Shown: positions 20,286-30,402 of the stretch, one piece after another
Layout of the letters: every line of letters starts with the position of its first letter
Numbering within the stretch: the stretch's first letter is position 1
Assembly (NCBI GenBank): GCA_964650315.1
Contig: CAZYQE010000004.1
Span: 14,816 to 78,815 of the forward strand
Source of the DNA: an uncultured Muribaculaceae bacterium
Lineage (GTDB): Bacteria; Bacillota_I; Bacilli_A; RF39; UBA660
DNA length: 64,000 nt
Direction: 5' to 3'
The notes under the pieces: model-generated
Seen by the model: the letters and a program-made list of their open reading frames with translations, nothing else
Database searches by the model: none
Told to the model about the DNA's origin: nothing
Position numbers and translations under genes: made by a program

Positions 20286-22182
20286 TCTTTCTTAAATATA
20301 CTAATAATATAGATATATCTGCTGGATTAACTCCACTTATACGAGAAGCTTGTCCTATAGAAGTTGGTCTGATTTCTGTTAATTTTTGTTTGGCTTCACT
20401 TGCTATATTAGGTATATCTTCATAATTAATATTATCTGGAATCTTTTTATTTTCTAAATTTAACATTTTTCCTGCTTCTTTTAATGCTTTTTTAATATAT
20501 CCTTCATATCTAGTATTTATTTCTACTTGTTCTAACACATCATATGAATAATCTAAATCTATAAATTCTTTTATATTTTCTATAGATATTTCTGGTCTTT
20601 TTAATAAATTATATAAAGTAATTCCATCTTTTAATGGTGTAGTCCCAATAGATTCTAATTTTTTATTAGTATCTTTTTTAGGTGTTATTTTGTTTTCTTT
20701 TAAAATATTAAATAATTCTTTAATATATTCTTTCTTTTTTATAAATTTATTATATTTAGATTTATTAATTAAACCTACTTGATATCCATAATCTCTTAGT
20801 CTTATATCTGCATTATCATGTCTTAATAATAATCTATATTCTGCACGTGATGTTAATAATCTATATGGATCTTTTACTCCTTTAGTTACTAAATCATCTA
20901 TTAATACGCCAATATATGCTTCATTTCTTTTTAATATTAATGGTTCTTTTCCTTCTAATTTTAAGGCAGCATTAATACCTGCAATTAAACCTTGTCCAGC
21001 GGCTTCTTCATAACCACTAGTTCCATTAATTTGACCTGCGGTATATAGGCCTTCTACTAGTTTTGTTTCTAAAGATTGTTTTAAACTTCTAGAATCTATT
21101 GCATCATATTCTATAGCATAAGCATATTTTAATATTTTGGCATTTTCTAAACCTTTTAGTGAGTGAACCATATTTTCTTGTACGTATTCTGGCATACTAG
21201 TAGAAAAACCTTGAATATATATAGTGTTTCCATACTCTGGATCATCTTTTATATTTGATTCTGGTTCTAGGAACAATTGGTGCCTTTCTTTATCTGCAAA
21301 TCTTACTACTTTATCTTCTATTGATGGACAATATCTAGGACCTACTCCTTCTGCATATCCTCCATACATACTTGATTCTTCTAAGTGTTCATTTATTATT
21401 TTATGAGTATCTTTGTTTGTATATACTAAATGACATGGTACTTGTTTTTTATAATCATAATATGCTTTATTATCAAAAGAAAATGTTAATTCTTTATTAT
21501 CTCCTGGTTCTAATTTTGTTTTGTCATAATCTATTGTATCTATATCTACTCTAGGAGGTGTACCTGTTTTTAATCTTAGTATTTTAAATCCTAATTCTTT
21601 TAAATCATCAGATAAGAATTTAGATTCTTTTTCTCCATGAGGGCCTCCTGGGGTTTTAGAATCTCCAACTAGTATTGTACCTTTTAGATATGTTCCGGTT
21701 GTTAGTATTACTACATTTGATTCTATTTTAGTATTATCATTTAATATAACACCTTTTATTTTATTATCTTCTACTATTAAATGTTCTACTAAAGCTTCTT
21801 TTATATCTAAATTATCTTCATTTCTTAATGTTTTTAGCATTTCTTTAGGATAAATATTTTTATCTGCTTGAGCTCTTAGTGCTTGGACTGCTGGTCCTTT
21901 TTTAGTATTTAACATTTTTACTTGGATTGCTGCTTTATCTGCACATTTACCCATTTCTCCACCTAAAGCATCTATTTCTCTTACAACTATACCTTTAGCT
22001 GGTCCACCAACCGATGGATTACATGGCATATCAGCAATATTATTTATATTTCCAGTAATAAGTAATGTTTTATGCTTTTTTCTAGCTAAAGCTAAGGATG
22101 CTTCACATCCTGCATGTCCACCACCTACTACAATTGCCTCATATTTCATTTTATCACTACTTTCCAACACAAAAATTTTCAA
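20269..22182 (-). CDS. mnmG: tRNA uridine 5-carboxymethylaminomethyl modification enzyme MnmG (GidA)
   Basis: FAD-binding N-terminus [11 protein letters not shown]; 637 aa. Confidence 0.9.
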   Translation of the reverse strand: MKIFVLESSDKMKYEAIVVGGGHAGCEASLALARKKHKTLLITGNINNIADMPCNPSVGGPAKGIVVREIDALGGEMGKCADKAAIQVKMLNTKKGPAVQALRAQADKNIYPKEMLKTLRNEDNLDIKEALVEHLIVEDNKIKGVILNDNTKIESNVVILTTGTYLKGTILVGDSKTPGGPHGEKESKFLSDDLKELGFKILRLKTGTPPRVDIDTIDYDKTKLEPGDNKELTFSFDNKAYYDYKKQVPCHLVYTNKDTHKIINEHLEESSMYGGYAEGVGPRYCPSIEDKVVRFADKERHQLFLEPESNIKDDPEYGNTIYIQGFSTSMPEYVQENMVHSLKGLENAKILKYAYAIEYDAIDSRSLKQSLETKLVEGLYTAGQINGTSGYEEAAGQGLIAGINAALKLEGKEPLILKRNEAYIGVLIDDLVTKGVKDPYRLLTSRAEYRLLLRHDNADIRLRDYGYQVGLINKSKYNKFIKKKEYIKELFNILKENKITPKKDTNKKLESIGTTPLKDGITLYNLLKRPEISIENIKEFIDLDYSYDVLEQVEINTRYEGYIKKALKEAGKMLNLENKKIPDNINYEDIPNIASEAKQKLTEIRPTSIGQASRISGVNPADISILLVYLRKNDKNE

Positions 22183-23509
22183 ATAAGTGATCTATTATTT
22201 CATCACTATATGTTTTTCCTATTATTTCTCCTAAAATATCAAAACATTCTCTTAAATCTATTTCTACCATATCGATTGGTAGATCATTAGAAATTGCTTT
22301 TTCTACTTCTTTTAATTTTTTATAAGCTTCTTCTGCTTTAGTTATTTGTCTTATATTAGTTAAATAATTATAATCTTTTGTATTTATTTTTTCTAAGTTA
22401 AATAATTCAATTATTTTATTTTTTAATTCTTTTATACCTTCATTAGTATTAGTATTAGTACTAACTACTTCATAATCTTTTAAGTCTTTTATATCTATTT
22501 TATTTTCTAAATCATTTTTATTTAATACTACAATAGTAGTTTTATCTTTAGATTTTTCTAATATTTCTTTATCTTCTTTAGTTAATTTATTATTACTATC
22601 TAATACTACTATTACTAAATCTGAAGTATCTATTAAAGATAAACTCTTCTCTACTCCTTTTTTTTCTACTATATCTGAAGTATCTCTAATACCTGCAGTA
22701 TCTATTATATTTAGAGCAACATTATTAAGTATTACTTGTCCTTCTACTATATCTCTTGTAGTTCCAGCAATATCAGTAACAATTGCTTTTTCTTCATCTA
22801 AAAATTTATTTAAAATACTACTCTTTCCTACATTAGGTCTTCCTACTATTAAAGTATCTATACCATTTTTTAATATTTTTGTATTTTTAGATTCTTTTAT
22901 TATATTATTTAGTTTATCTTTTAATTCTTTTACTTTTTCTTTGATTTTTTTTATAGTCATTACTTCTATATCATAATATTCTGGATAATCTATATTTACT
23001 TCTACTCTTGATATTAAATCTTTTAAATCATTTCTAAAATTATCTATTAATTTAGTTGTATTTCCTTGTAATCCTGAGATTGCAAGTTTTCTAGAAGTTT
23101 CTGTTTTACTATTAATTAAATCCATTACTGCTTCTGATTCTGTTAAATCTATTCTTCCATTTAAGAAAGCTCTTTTAGTGAATTCTCCAGGTTCTGCAAG
23201 TCTGGCACCTTTTTTTATTAATAATTCTAATATTTTATTTGTAGTAGTTATTCCTCCATGACAATTTATTTCTACTACATCTTCTTTTGTATATGTTTTA
23301 GGTTCTTTCATTATAGATACTAAAACTTCATCTATTATTTCTTTATTTTCTTTTATATAACCATAACTTATAGTATGAGTTTTTTTTCTTTTTAAATCAC
23401 CACTAAAAATACTATCAGCAATACTAATAGCTTTATTACCACTAAGTCTAATAATTGAGATTGCCCCTACTCCTAAAGATGTAGAGATTGCTACTATAGT
23501 ATCATCCAT
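22157..23509 (-). CDS. mnmE: tRNA modification GTPase MnmE (TrmE)
   Basis: G-domain GRPNVGKSS and the C-terminal CxGK tetrapeptide (CVGK); 450 aa. Confidence 0.9.
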   Translation of the reverse strand: MDDTIVAISTSLGVGAISIIRLSGNKAISIADSIFSGDLKRKKTHTISYGYIKENKEIIDEVLVSIMKEPKTYTKEDVVEINCHGGITTTNKILELLIKKGARLAEPGEFTKRAFLNGRIDLTESEAVMDLINSKTETSRKLAISGLQGNTTKLIDNFRNDLKDLISRVEVNIDYPEYYDIEVMTIKKIKEKVKELKDKLNNIIKESKNTKILKNGIDTLIVGRPNVGKSSILNKFLDEEKAIVTDIAGTTRDIVEGQVILNNVALNIIDTAGIRDTSDIVEKKGVEKSLSLIDTSDLVIVVLDSNNKLTKEDKEILEKSKDKTTIVVLNKNDLENKIDIKDLKDYEVVSTNTNTNEGIKELKNKIIELFNLEKINTKDYNYLTNIRQITKAEEAYKKLKEVEKAISNDLPIDMVEIDLRECFDILGEIIGKTYSDEIIDHLFENFCVGK

Positions 23510-23569
23510 AGTATTCCTCCTTTTTTCTGGATATATTATAACAGATAAATTATAAAAAAAGAAGATTTT

Positions 23570-24187
23570 TTATTCATCTTCTTTTGGTTTTATAACTACA
23601 TAACGATTAGGTTCTTCCCCTTCACTTTCAGTATATACTCTCTTATTATTATTTAATACATTATGTACTATTCTTCTTTCGTATGAATTCATTGAATCCA
23701 TTTTAGCTTCTATTTTTGTTTTAGAAACTTCTCTAGCTGTTTTTTTAGCAAGCCTTTCTATTTGTTTTTCATGTTTTTCTTTATAAGCATTAACATCTAA
23801 TATAAATTTATATGAGTTTCCTACTTCTTTTTTAATATATTGACTAGTTATTATAGATAAAGCTTGTAAGTTTTTACCATTTTTACCTATTAATAAAGAA
23901 TCATTATCTGAAAAAATAGTATATTTAGGAATATTATCTGTCACTTTTACTTCTATATTAGCTTGAAATCCTAAGTTTTTTAGTAAATTTATTAAGAATT
24001 CTTTTATATTTTTTACTACTTCTCTTTTTTCTATTACTTCTATTTCTACTTTTTTACTTTTAAAAAGTCCACCTTTTATTTCTTCTTTTTTTCTTATTAT
24101 TAGATTTTCTTCTAATTCTTGTAGATCAATTTTTGCATTTTCAATTGCTTCTTCCTTAGATTTTCCTGTATAACTATGCTTTTCCAT
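23570..24187 (-). CDS. jag: Jag/KhpB RNA-binding protein (KH plus R3H domains)
   Basis: 205 aa protein downstream of yidC with an R3H-like C-terminus (RRIVHNVL). The yidC-jag synteny is conserved. Confidence 0.75.
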   Translation of the reverse strand: MEKHSYTGKSKEEAIENAKIDLQELEENLIIRKKEEIKGGLFKSKKVEIEVIEKREVVKNIKEFLINLLKNLGFQANIEVKVTDNIPKYTIFSDNDSLLIGKNGKNLQALSIITSQYIKKEVGNSYKFILDVNAYKEKHEKQIERLAKKTAREVSKTKIEAKMDSMNSYERRIVHNVLNNNKRVYTESEGEEPNRYVVIKPKEDE

Positions 24188-25103
24188 TTACTTCTTTACT
24201 CCTTTTCACTAATATATTTTGTCCTATTGTGAACAAGTTAGATGTTACCCAATAAATTCCTAATGCAGCTGGCATAAATAATGATGTTATTATTATAATT
24301 ACACTCATTATATATGGCATACTTTTCATATTTGGATCTTGTTGATTTCCTGTCATATTCATCTTTAATGAATAGAATGTTGTAAAAGCTACTAATAGTA
24401 CTAATATTGCATATGCTATAAACCCTGCTGTTTTTATACCTACTGATGGAGTTGTTCCTAATTGTAATAATAAGAATTTATCTTCAAATATAGCTGGTGT
24501 TCTTTGTACTGCTTCAAAGAAAGCTATAAACAATGGTAATTGTAACATTGCAAATAAACAACCTGACATTGGACTTATATTATATTTTTTATAAATCATC
24601 ATCATTTCTTGACTTTGTTTCATCATTGCATCTTTATCTTGTTTGTTTTTATATTTCCTTTGTACTTTATCTATTTCTGGTTGTGCTTTTTTCATCATTT
24701 CTGACTGTAATGCTGTTTTTTTAGTAATTGGAAATGCAATTAATCTTATTAATATACTTACTATAATTAATGATATTGCGTAATTACCAACGAATTTTCC
24801 TAAGAATATTAATATAAACGATAAAGGTTTAACAAAAACACTTGTCCATAATCCTTCATATTTTCCACTTGTTACTTTAAAATCTTCACATTTTGGTAAT
24901 TTTTTAATATTTACTTTATTCTTTTCATATAATTCAATCGTCTTTTTATTAGTTGGTTGGCAAATAATATTTTTAGTTAAATTTTGTCCTGTTACTTCAT
25001 TTCTTACTGGTTTTTTATGTGAATCTGTTAATGTTTTAGCACATCCAGTAGATAATAATAAAACTAATATAACTAATATTATTTTTAATTTATTTTTTTT
25101 CAT
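24174..25103 (-). CDS. yidC: Membrane protein insertase YidC (SpoIIIJ/YidC2 lipoprotein type)
   Basis: Lipoprotein signal (LLLSTGCAK) and the YidC/Oxa1 60-kDa-IMP core with multiple TM helices; 309 aa. Confidence 0.85.
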   Translation of the reverse strand: MKKNKLKIILVILVLLLSTGCAKTLTDSHKKPVRNEVTGQNLTKNIICQPTNKKTIELYEKNKVNIKKLPKCEDFKVTSGKYEGLWTSVFVKPLSFILIFLGKFVGNYAISLIIVSILIRLIAFPITKKTALQSEMMKKAQPEIDKVQRKYKNKQDKDAMMKQSQEMMMIYKKYNISPMSGCLFAMLQLPLFIAFFEAVQRTPAIFEDKFLLLQLGTTPSVGIKTAGFIAYAILVLLVAFTTFYSLKMNMTGNQQDPNMKSMPYIMSVIIIITSLFMPAALGIYWVTSNLFTIGQNILVKRSKEVNGKA

Positions 25104-25115
25104 ATTTATTCCTTT

Positions 25116-25433
25116 CTATTTTAATAGATCTGTTAATTTTTCTTGTAATTCACTATATTTATAATTTTTACCCATACTTCTTAATATTATTATATAGTCA
25201 TAATTTATATTACTTTTTATATTTATGGAATCTATTATATCTTTTATTCTTCTTTTCATTTTATTTCTATATACTGCATTACCTAGTTTCTTACCTACAC
25301 TTATTCCAAATCTATTATAATCTAAATTATTTTCTTTCTTATAAATTATAAATCCTCTATTTTTTAAAATATCATTATTTTTAATAATATTATCAAATTC
25401 ATAAGATTTTTTTACTATAAATTTCTTTTTCAT
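25116..25433 (-). CDS. rnpA: Ribonuclease P protein component
   Basis: 105 aa basic protein immediately downstream of rpmH, with an RNR-like basic motif (KMKRRIK). Confidence 0.8.
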   Translation of the reverse strand: MKKKFIVKKSYEFDNIIKNNDILKNRGFIIYKKENNLDYNRFGISVGKKLGNAVYRNKMKRRIKDIIDSINIKSNINYDYIIILRSMGKNYKYSELQEKLTDLLK

Positions 25434-25484
25434 ATTATCACCTAATACATTTTAGTAAAAAAACCACTGTAAAACAGCGGTATA

Positions 25485-25607
25485 CTATTTACAAAGTCTC
25501 TTACGACCTTTACGACGACGTCTATTTAATATATTTGTTTTTTTACGTGCAAAAAAACCAAAAGTCTTAGATTTTTTACGGTTATTTGGTTGATATGTTC
25601 TTTTCAC
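25485..25607 (-). CDS. rpmH: 50S ribosomal protein L34
   Basis: (V/M)[22 protein letters not shown]...[10 protein letters not shown] matches L34. The true start is a GTG at 25607, 6 nt downstream of GGAGGTG; the ORF-track ATG at 25667 adds 20 spurious codons. Confidence 0.85.
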   Translation of the reverse strand: MKRTYQPNNRKKSKTFGFFARKKTNILNRRRRKGRKRLCK

Positions 25608-25698
25608 TTGTTCCACCTCCAAACATAAATCTACATTATTATAATAATAGAATAGGGGTTTTGTCAATCAAAATAGAGGTATTTTCTTTATTTTTTAG

Positions 25699-25839
25699 TT
25701 ATTCACAGAATTAACAGGTATGTTAATAATAAAAATAACAATTGTTAAGTAAAATTTGTGGAAAATGTGGAAAACTTTATTATTTTATTATTTTATACTA
25801 TATTTTTAGTGGAAAAGTCTGTGTATAACTTGTGGATTT
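25699..25839. promoter_or_regulatory. oriC part 1: cluster of DnaA-box-like 9-mers upstream of dnaA
   Basis: Five 9-mers lie in the AT-rich rpmH-dnaA intergenic region. TTATTCACA is at 25699-25707. Directly tandem TGTGGAAAA/TGTGGAAAA copies are at 25757-25774. AGTGGAAAA is at 25808-25816. TGTGGATTT is at 25831-25839. Each matches TTATCCACA or TGTGGATAA with 1-2 mismatches. Confidence 0.6.
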
Positions 25840-25927
25840 AATTTTTTCCCTATTTTTTGTTTATTTTTTCTACAAATTACGTTAGAATATTAGTTAAGAA
25901 ATTTTTAACTTGTGGGGAGATGGTGGA

Positions 25928-27304
25928 ATGAATGTCGATATTTTATGGTCTAATTTTTTAACACAAATTAAAGACGAATTAACTTCACTGTCTTTTGATA
26001 CCTGGTTTAAAGATACGAAACTTTATAAATTAGAAAATGGTAAGGCTTATATAATTGTTCCAATGCCAATACATAAAAAACATTTATCTGATAATTATTC
26101 TGATTTAATTACACAAAAACTTAATGACGTTACAAATACTAATTTTGAACTTATATTTTTATTAAATGAAGAAATTGAAAGTGAGGAGAGTCCTCCTGAT
26201 GATATTAATAAGGATCAAGTTATTAATGATGGAGTACCTCAAGAATTTGAAAAAACTAATTTAAAAAGTAAATATACCTTTGAAAATTTTATAGTAGGGG
26301 ATACTAATAAATTTGCACAAGCAGCAGCCTTATCTGTTGCAGAAAATCCAGGTCATATGTATAATCCTTTATTTATATATGGTAATAGTGGACTTGGTAA
26401 AACACATTTGATGCATGCGATAGGTAATTATATTACTAATAATAGTAATAGAAAAGTCTTATATGTAACAAGTGATCAATTTATTCAAGATTTTATAGGT
26501 ATAAATAAGAAAGATGATAAAGGAACTAATTTCAATTATGTTGATTTCTTTAAGAAAAAATATAGAAATATTGATGTTTTAATAATTGATGATATACAAT
26601 TTTTAGGAGGAGCTACTCAAACACAACAAGAATTTTTCCATACATTTAATTCCTTATATAATGATAGTAAACAAATTATTATTTCATCAGATAGATCACC
26701 AGATGATTTAAAATTATTGGAAGATCGTTTAAGAACAAGATTTTGTTGGGGATTAACAGTTAATATATTCCCACCTGACTTTACTTTAAGAACAGAAATA
26801 CTTAAGAAAAAAATTGTTGCAGGGGACTTTGAAAAAGAGATTCCTGATGATGTAATAGAATATATTGCTTCTAATATAGGTACAGATGTAAGACAATTAG
26901 AAGGTTCAATAACTAGATTAATTGCTTATTCTACTATAATGGGTGGAGTTGATATAACTCTAGATCTGGCAATTGAAGCTCTTAAAGACTTTATAAGTAA
27001 AGGAATGGGCGAGAAAAATAATATTCATAGAATACAAAAAATAGTATCTGATTATTTTCAAATATCTGTTGAAGATATCAAAAGTAAAAAGAGAAGTTCT
27101 AATATTTCTTTTCCAAGACAGATTGCAATGTATCTTTGTAGGAATATGACTAGTGAATCTTTTCCTAAGATAGGAACAGAATTTGGTGGTAAAGATCATA
27201 CTACAGTAATGCATTCTTGTGAAAAGATTGAAAAAGAAATTAAAGTTAATAAAGATTTAGAAAATATTATAGAAAAATTAAAGAAAGATATAGGTGTTGT
27301 GTAA
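25928..27304 (+). CDS. dnaA: Chromosomal replication initiator DnaA
   Basis: MNVDILWSNFL N-terminus, the AAA+ Walker A motif GNSGLGKTHL and a C-terminal DnaA-box-binding domain. ATG at 25928 is preferred over the upstream TTG. Confidence 0.9.
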   Translation: MNVDILWSNFLTQIKDELTSLSFDTWFKDTKLYKLENGKAYIIVPMPIHKKHLSDNYSDLITQKLNDVTNTNFELIFLLNEEIESEESPPDDINKDQVINDGVPQEFEKTNLKSKYTFENFIVGDTNKFAQAAALSVAENPGHMYNPLFIYGNSGLGKTHLMHAIGNYITNNSNRKVLYVTSDQFIQDFIGINKKDDKGTNFNYVDFFKKKYRNIDVLIIDDIQFLGGATQTQQEFFHTFNSLYNDSKQIIISSDRSPDDLKLLEDRLRTRFCWGLTVNIFPPDFTLRTEILKKKIVAGDFEKEIPDDVIEYIASNIGTDVRQLEGSITRLIAYSTIMGGVDITLDLAIEALKDFISKGMGEKNNIHRIQKIVSDYFQISVEDIKSKKRSSNISFPRQIAMYLCRNMTSESFPKIGTEFGGKDHTTVMHSCEKIEKEIKVNKDLENIIEKLKKDIGVV

Positions 27305-27325
27305 AAGTTAAAATTATTAATAGAT

Positions 27326-27445
27326 TTATACACAAGGTTAATTTAACTAAAAACCTTATAAAATAAGAAAAAAATATAGTTTTAAACTTTTTCCACAGTA
27401 ATAATAAAAATAAAACAATAATAAATAAGAAAGAAGGAAGAAAAT
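27326..27445. promoter_or_regulatory. oriC part 2: DnaA boxes plus AT-rich unwinding region between dnaA and dnaN
   Basis: TTATACACA at 27326-27334 and TTTTCCACA at 27389-27397, followed by a ~50 bp stretch that is almost pure A/T before the dnaN RBS. Confidence 0.5.
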
Positions 27446-28570
27446 ATGAAATTTAAAATTAAAAGAGAATTATTACTAGAAGCTTTAAATAAAGTTTCTA
27501 AAGCAATATCAACTAAGAATTTAATACCTGTTTTATCTGGAGTAAAATTTGAATTAAAAAAGAAAAAATTAATATTAACAGCAAGTGATAATGATATTAC
27601 TATTCAAACTGTTATTGAATCTAATACTGATGATGAATTTAATATAGAAAAAGAAGGTAGTATTGTAATACAAGGTAAATATATATTAGATATAGTAAGA
27701 AAATTACAAGATGAATATATTAATATAGAAGTTATAGATGAATTAAAGATCCTTATTTATACTGATAATAGTGAATTTAATTTAAATGGTATAAATAAAA
27801 ATGAATATCCTAATATATCATTAGAAGAAAGTAAGAAAAAAATAGTTTTAGATGCAGATATATTTAAAGATATAGTTAATCAAACATCTTTTGCAGCATC
27901 TCATGAAGAAACTAAACCTGTACTTACTGGTATTAATTTTAATATAGTAGGGGATATATTAGAATGTAATTCTACAGATTCTTATAGATTAGCAAGGAAA
28001 GTAATTAATCTTTCCACAGAAAGTGAGGAAAATTATAATGTAGTTATTCCAAGTCATAATATTGTAGAATTTTCAAGAATAATTGGGGATAATGAAAAAG
28101 TTGAATTACATGTATTTAATAATAAAATATTATTTAAAACAGGTAATATTAAATTTGAATCTCGTTTAATTAATGGAACATATCCAAATACTTCTAATTT
28201 ATTACCAGATGATTCATTAATGACTGTTAGTGTTAATTTAGAAGATTTCTATAATGTTGTTGATAGAGTTAGTATTTTAACTAGTGATAAAGAAAAGAAT
28301 ATTGTTACTTTAGAAACTAATGGAGATGTATTAACTTTAAAGAGTTCTTCTGCAGAAGTAGGTAGAGTAGAAGAAAAAATGAATATAAAGAAAGATAATA
28401 GTGAAGATATTAAAATTAGTTTTAGTGCTAAATATATGATGGAAGCATTAAAGAGTTTTTCAACAGAAACTGTGGATATTAATTTTGTAGGAGAAATCAA
28501 GCCAATACTTATAAAATCTAAAGATGATGAAACATTAACTCAATTAGTTTTACCAATTAGAACATATTAA
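27446..28570 (+). CDS. dnaN: DNA polymerase III beta sliding clamp
   Basis: 374 aa with three-domain clamp architecture and N-terminus MKFKIKRELLLEALNKVSKAIS. Confidence 0.9.
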   Translation: MKFKIKRELLLEALNKVSKAISTKNLIPVLSGVKFELKKKKLILTASDNDITIQTVIESNTDDEFNIEKEGSIVIQGKYILDIVRKLQDEYINIEVIDELKILIYTDNSEFNLNGINKNEYPNISLEESKKKIVLDADIFKDIVNQTSFAASHEETKPVLTGINFNIVGDILECNSTDSYRLARKVINLSTESEENYNVVIPSHNIVEFSRIIGDNEKVELHVFNNKILFKTGNIKFESRLINGTYPNTSNLLPDDSLMTVSVNLEDFYNVVDRVSILTSDKEKNIVTLETNGDVLTLKSSSAEVGRVEEKMNIKKDNSEDIKISFSAKYMMEALKSFSTETVDINFVGEIKPILIKSKDDETLTQLVLPIRTY

Positions 28571-28571
28571 A

Positions 28572-28595
28572 AATAGAAGAAATTCTATTTTTTTA
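28572..28595 (+). terminator. Rho-independent terminator after dnaN
   Basis: Hairpin AATAGAA-GAAA-TTCTATT plus a T6 run. Confidence 0.5.
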
Positions 28596-28714
28596 TGGAA
28601 AAATATTATTTTTTGATAATAATATATATGAATAGACATATTTCTACATAGTTAGACAAATGAATATGTTATTTTAATTTTTGAAAACGGAAGTTTTCTA
28701 AGGGGGAATTATAT

Positions 28715-29161
28715 ATGAATTATGAAGTAAGTAAGGGTACTTTAGCAATTGTACCTAACAATGAAGAAAGTAGTTTAGTTTATGAAGATGAAGAAAGGTA
28801 TATTATTAAAGAAAAACCATTTAAAATAATGGAAGATAGTTGTAAATACTTTGGTAGTTCTTATAATGGTAGAAAAGAAAGTGCTAAAAGTATATTGGGT
28901 GCTGAATATAAAGTACCTATAGTATTAGAAGAATCTAGTAATTTAATTGTATTTCCTACAACCTCACCTAGAGCAGAAGATTGTGCTTGGATTTCTTTAA
29001 AACATGTTAAAAGAATAAAAAGAATAGATTCTACTAGTACTAAAATTATATTTAATAATGATAGAGAAATTATAGTACCTGTTTCTTTTAGATCTGTTGA
29101 AAATCAACTTTCTAGAGCATCTCGTTTAGATTTAATTATGAGAAATAGAAAAATAGGATGA
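28715..29161 (+). CDS. comK: Competence transcription factor ComK family protein
   Basis: Several ComK-family blocks align to B. subtilis ComK. These include YEVSKGTLAIVP, CKYFGSSYNGRK, VFPTTSPRAEDCAWISLKHVKRI and SFRSVENQLSRASRL. Confidence 0.75.
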   Translation: MNYEVSKGTLAIVPNNEESSLVYEDEERYIIKEKPFKIMEDSCKYFGSSYNGRKESAKSILGAEYKVPIVLEESSNLIVFPTTSPRAEDCAWISLKHVKRIKRIDSTSTKIIFNNDREIIVPVSFRSVENQLSRASRLDLIMRNRKIG

Positions 29162-29284
29162 ATAGTTACGTCTGTAACTATTTTTTAGTGATTTATTTAA
29201 GTTTTTATGATATAATATTAATGTGTATATAGGAACACGTTGATAGGGTAAAGGTGATTATATGGCTCTTATTTTACGTTCTGA

Positions 29285-30394
29285 TTGAAAATTACTAAAT
29301 TAAACTTAGTAAATTTTAGAAATTATGACCAAGCAAATATAAAATTAGGAAGTAATATAAATATTTTTATTGGAAATAATGCTCAAGGAAAAACAAATAT
29401 TTTAGAATCAATTGTTATTTTAGCATTAACTAAATCTCATAGAATTGGTATTAGTCCTAATATAATAAAGTTTGGTAAAAAGAAAGCTAAAATAAATGGA
29501 GTAGTAAGGAAAGATAAGATTGTTAATAAATTAGGAGTAGAAATTACTGAAAATAATAAAAAACTTATGATTAATTTAGATGAGATAAAGAAAGTATCTG
29601 ATTATATATCAAATCTAAATATAATAGTTTTTACTCCAGATGATTTAGATATTATTAAAGGATCACCTAGTATCCGTAGAAATTTACTTAATATTGAACT
29701 TTCACAAATTTCTAAAGTTTATTTAAATACTTATAATGAATATAATAAGTTATTAAAAACAAGAAATGAATATTTAAAATTATTACTTAGTAATTCTATA
29801 GCAGATAAGAAATATTTAGATGTAATTACTGATAAATTAATAGATAAAGCAATTATTATTTATAAAAAGAGAAAAGAATTTATAGATAAAATTAATGAAT
29901 CTATTAATGATAATTATGAAAGTATTACTAATGATAAAGTTTTATCTATTAAATATATACCTAATATAGATATAGATGAGTTTAATGATGAAAATATTTC
30001 TAAAGTATTAAAAAACAAATATGAAAGTCGTTATCAAAAAGAAATAAATTATGGAATGACTTTATATGGACCTCATAGAGATGACTTTGAATTTATATTA
30101 AATGAAGAAAATTTAAAGTATTTTGGGTCTCAAGGACAACAAAAAACTGCAATTATATCATTTAAATTAGCAGAAATTCCTATATTTGAAGAATACTGTA
30201 ATACTAAACCTATATTATTATTAGATGATATATTTAGTGAATTAGATGTTAAAAAGATTAATAAATTATTAAAATTAATTAGTAATGATATACAAACTAT
30301 TGTTACTACTACAGATTTAAGAAGAATAAATAAGAAATATTTAGAAAAAGCAATTATATATGAAGTAAATAATGGAGAAATTGAAAGAAAGTAG
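29285..30394 (+). CDS. recF: DNA replication and repair protein RecF
   Basis: Walker A motif [14 protein letters not shown] and an SMC-like signature; 369 aa. Uses a TTG start that overlaps the stop of an 8-codon upstream mini-ORF. Confidence 0.85.
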   Translation: MKITKLNLVNFRNYDQANIKLGSNINIFIGNNAQGKTNILESIVILALTKSHRIGISPNIIKFGKKKAKINGVVRKDKIVNKLGVEITENNKKLMINLDEIKKVSDYISNLNIIVFTPDDLDIIKGSPSIRRNLLNIELSQISKVYLNTYNEYNKLLKTRNEYLKLLLSNSIADKKYLDVITDKLIDKAIIIYKKRKEFIDKINESINDNYESITNDKVLSIKYIPNIDIDEFNDENISKVLKNKYESRYQKEINYGMTLYGPHRDDFEFILNEENLKYFGSQGQQKTAIISFKLAEIPIFEEYCNTKPILLLDDIFSELDVKKINKLLKLISNDIQTIVTTTDLRRINKKYLEKAIIYEVNNGEIERK

Positions 30395-30402
30395 GTAATA
30401 CA

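Noticed and set aside
25608-25667. 20-codon N-terminal extension on L34 ([20 protein letters not shown]).
   Set aside because: L34 homology begins at a GTG (VKRTYQP) that has a perfect GGAGGTG 6 nt upstream; the extension would read through the oriC/DnaA-box region.
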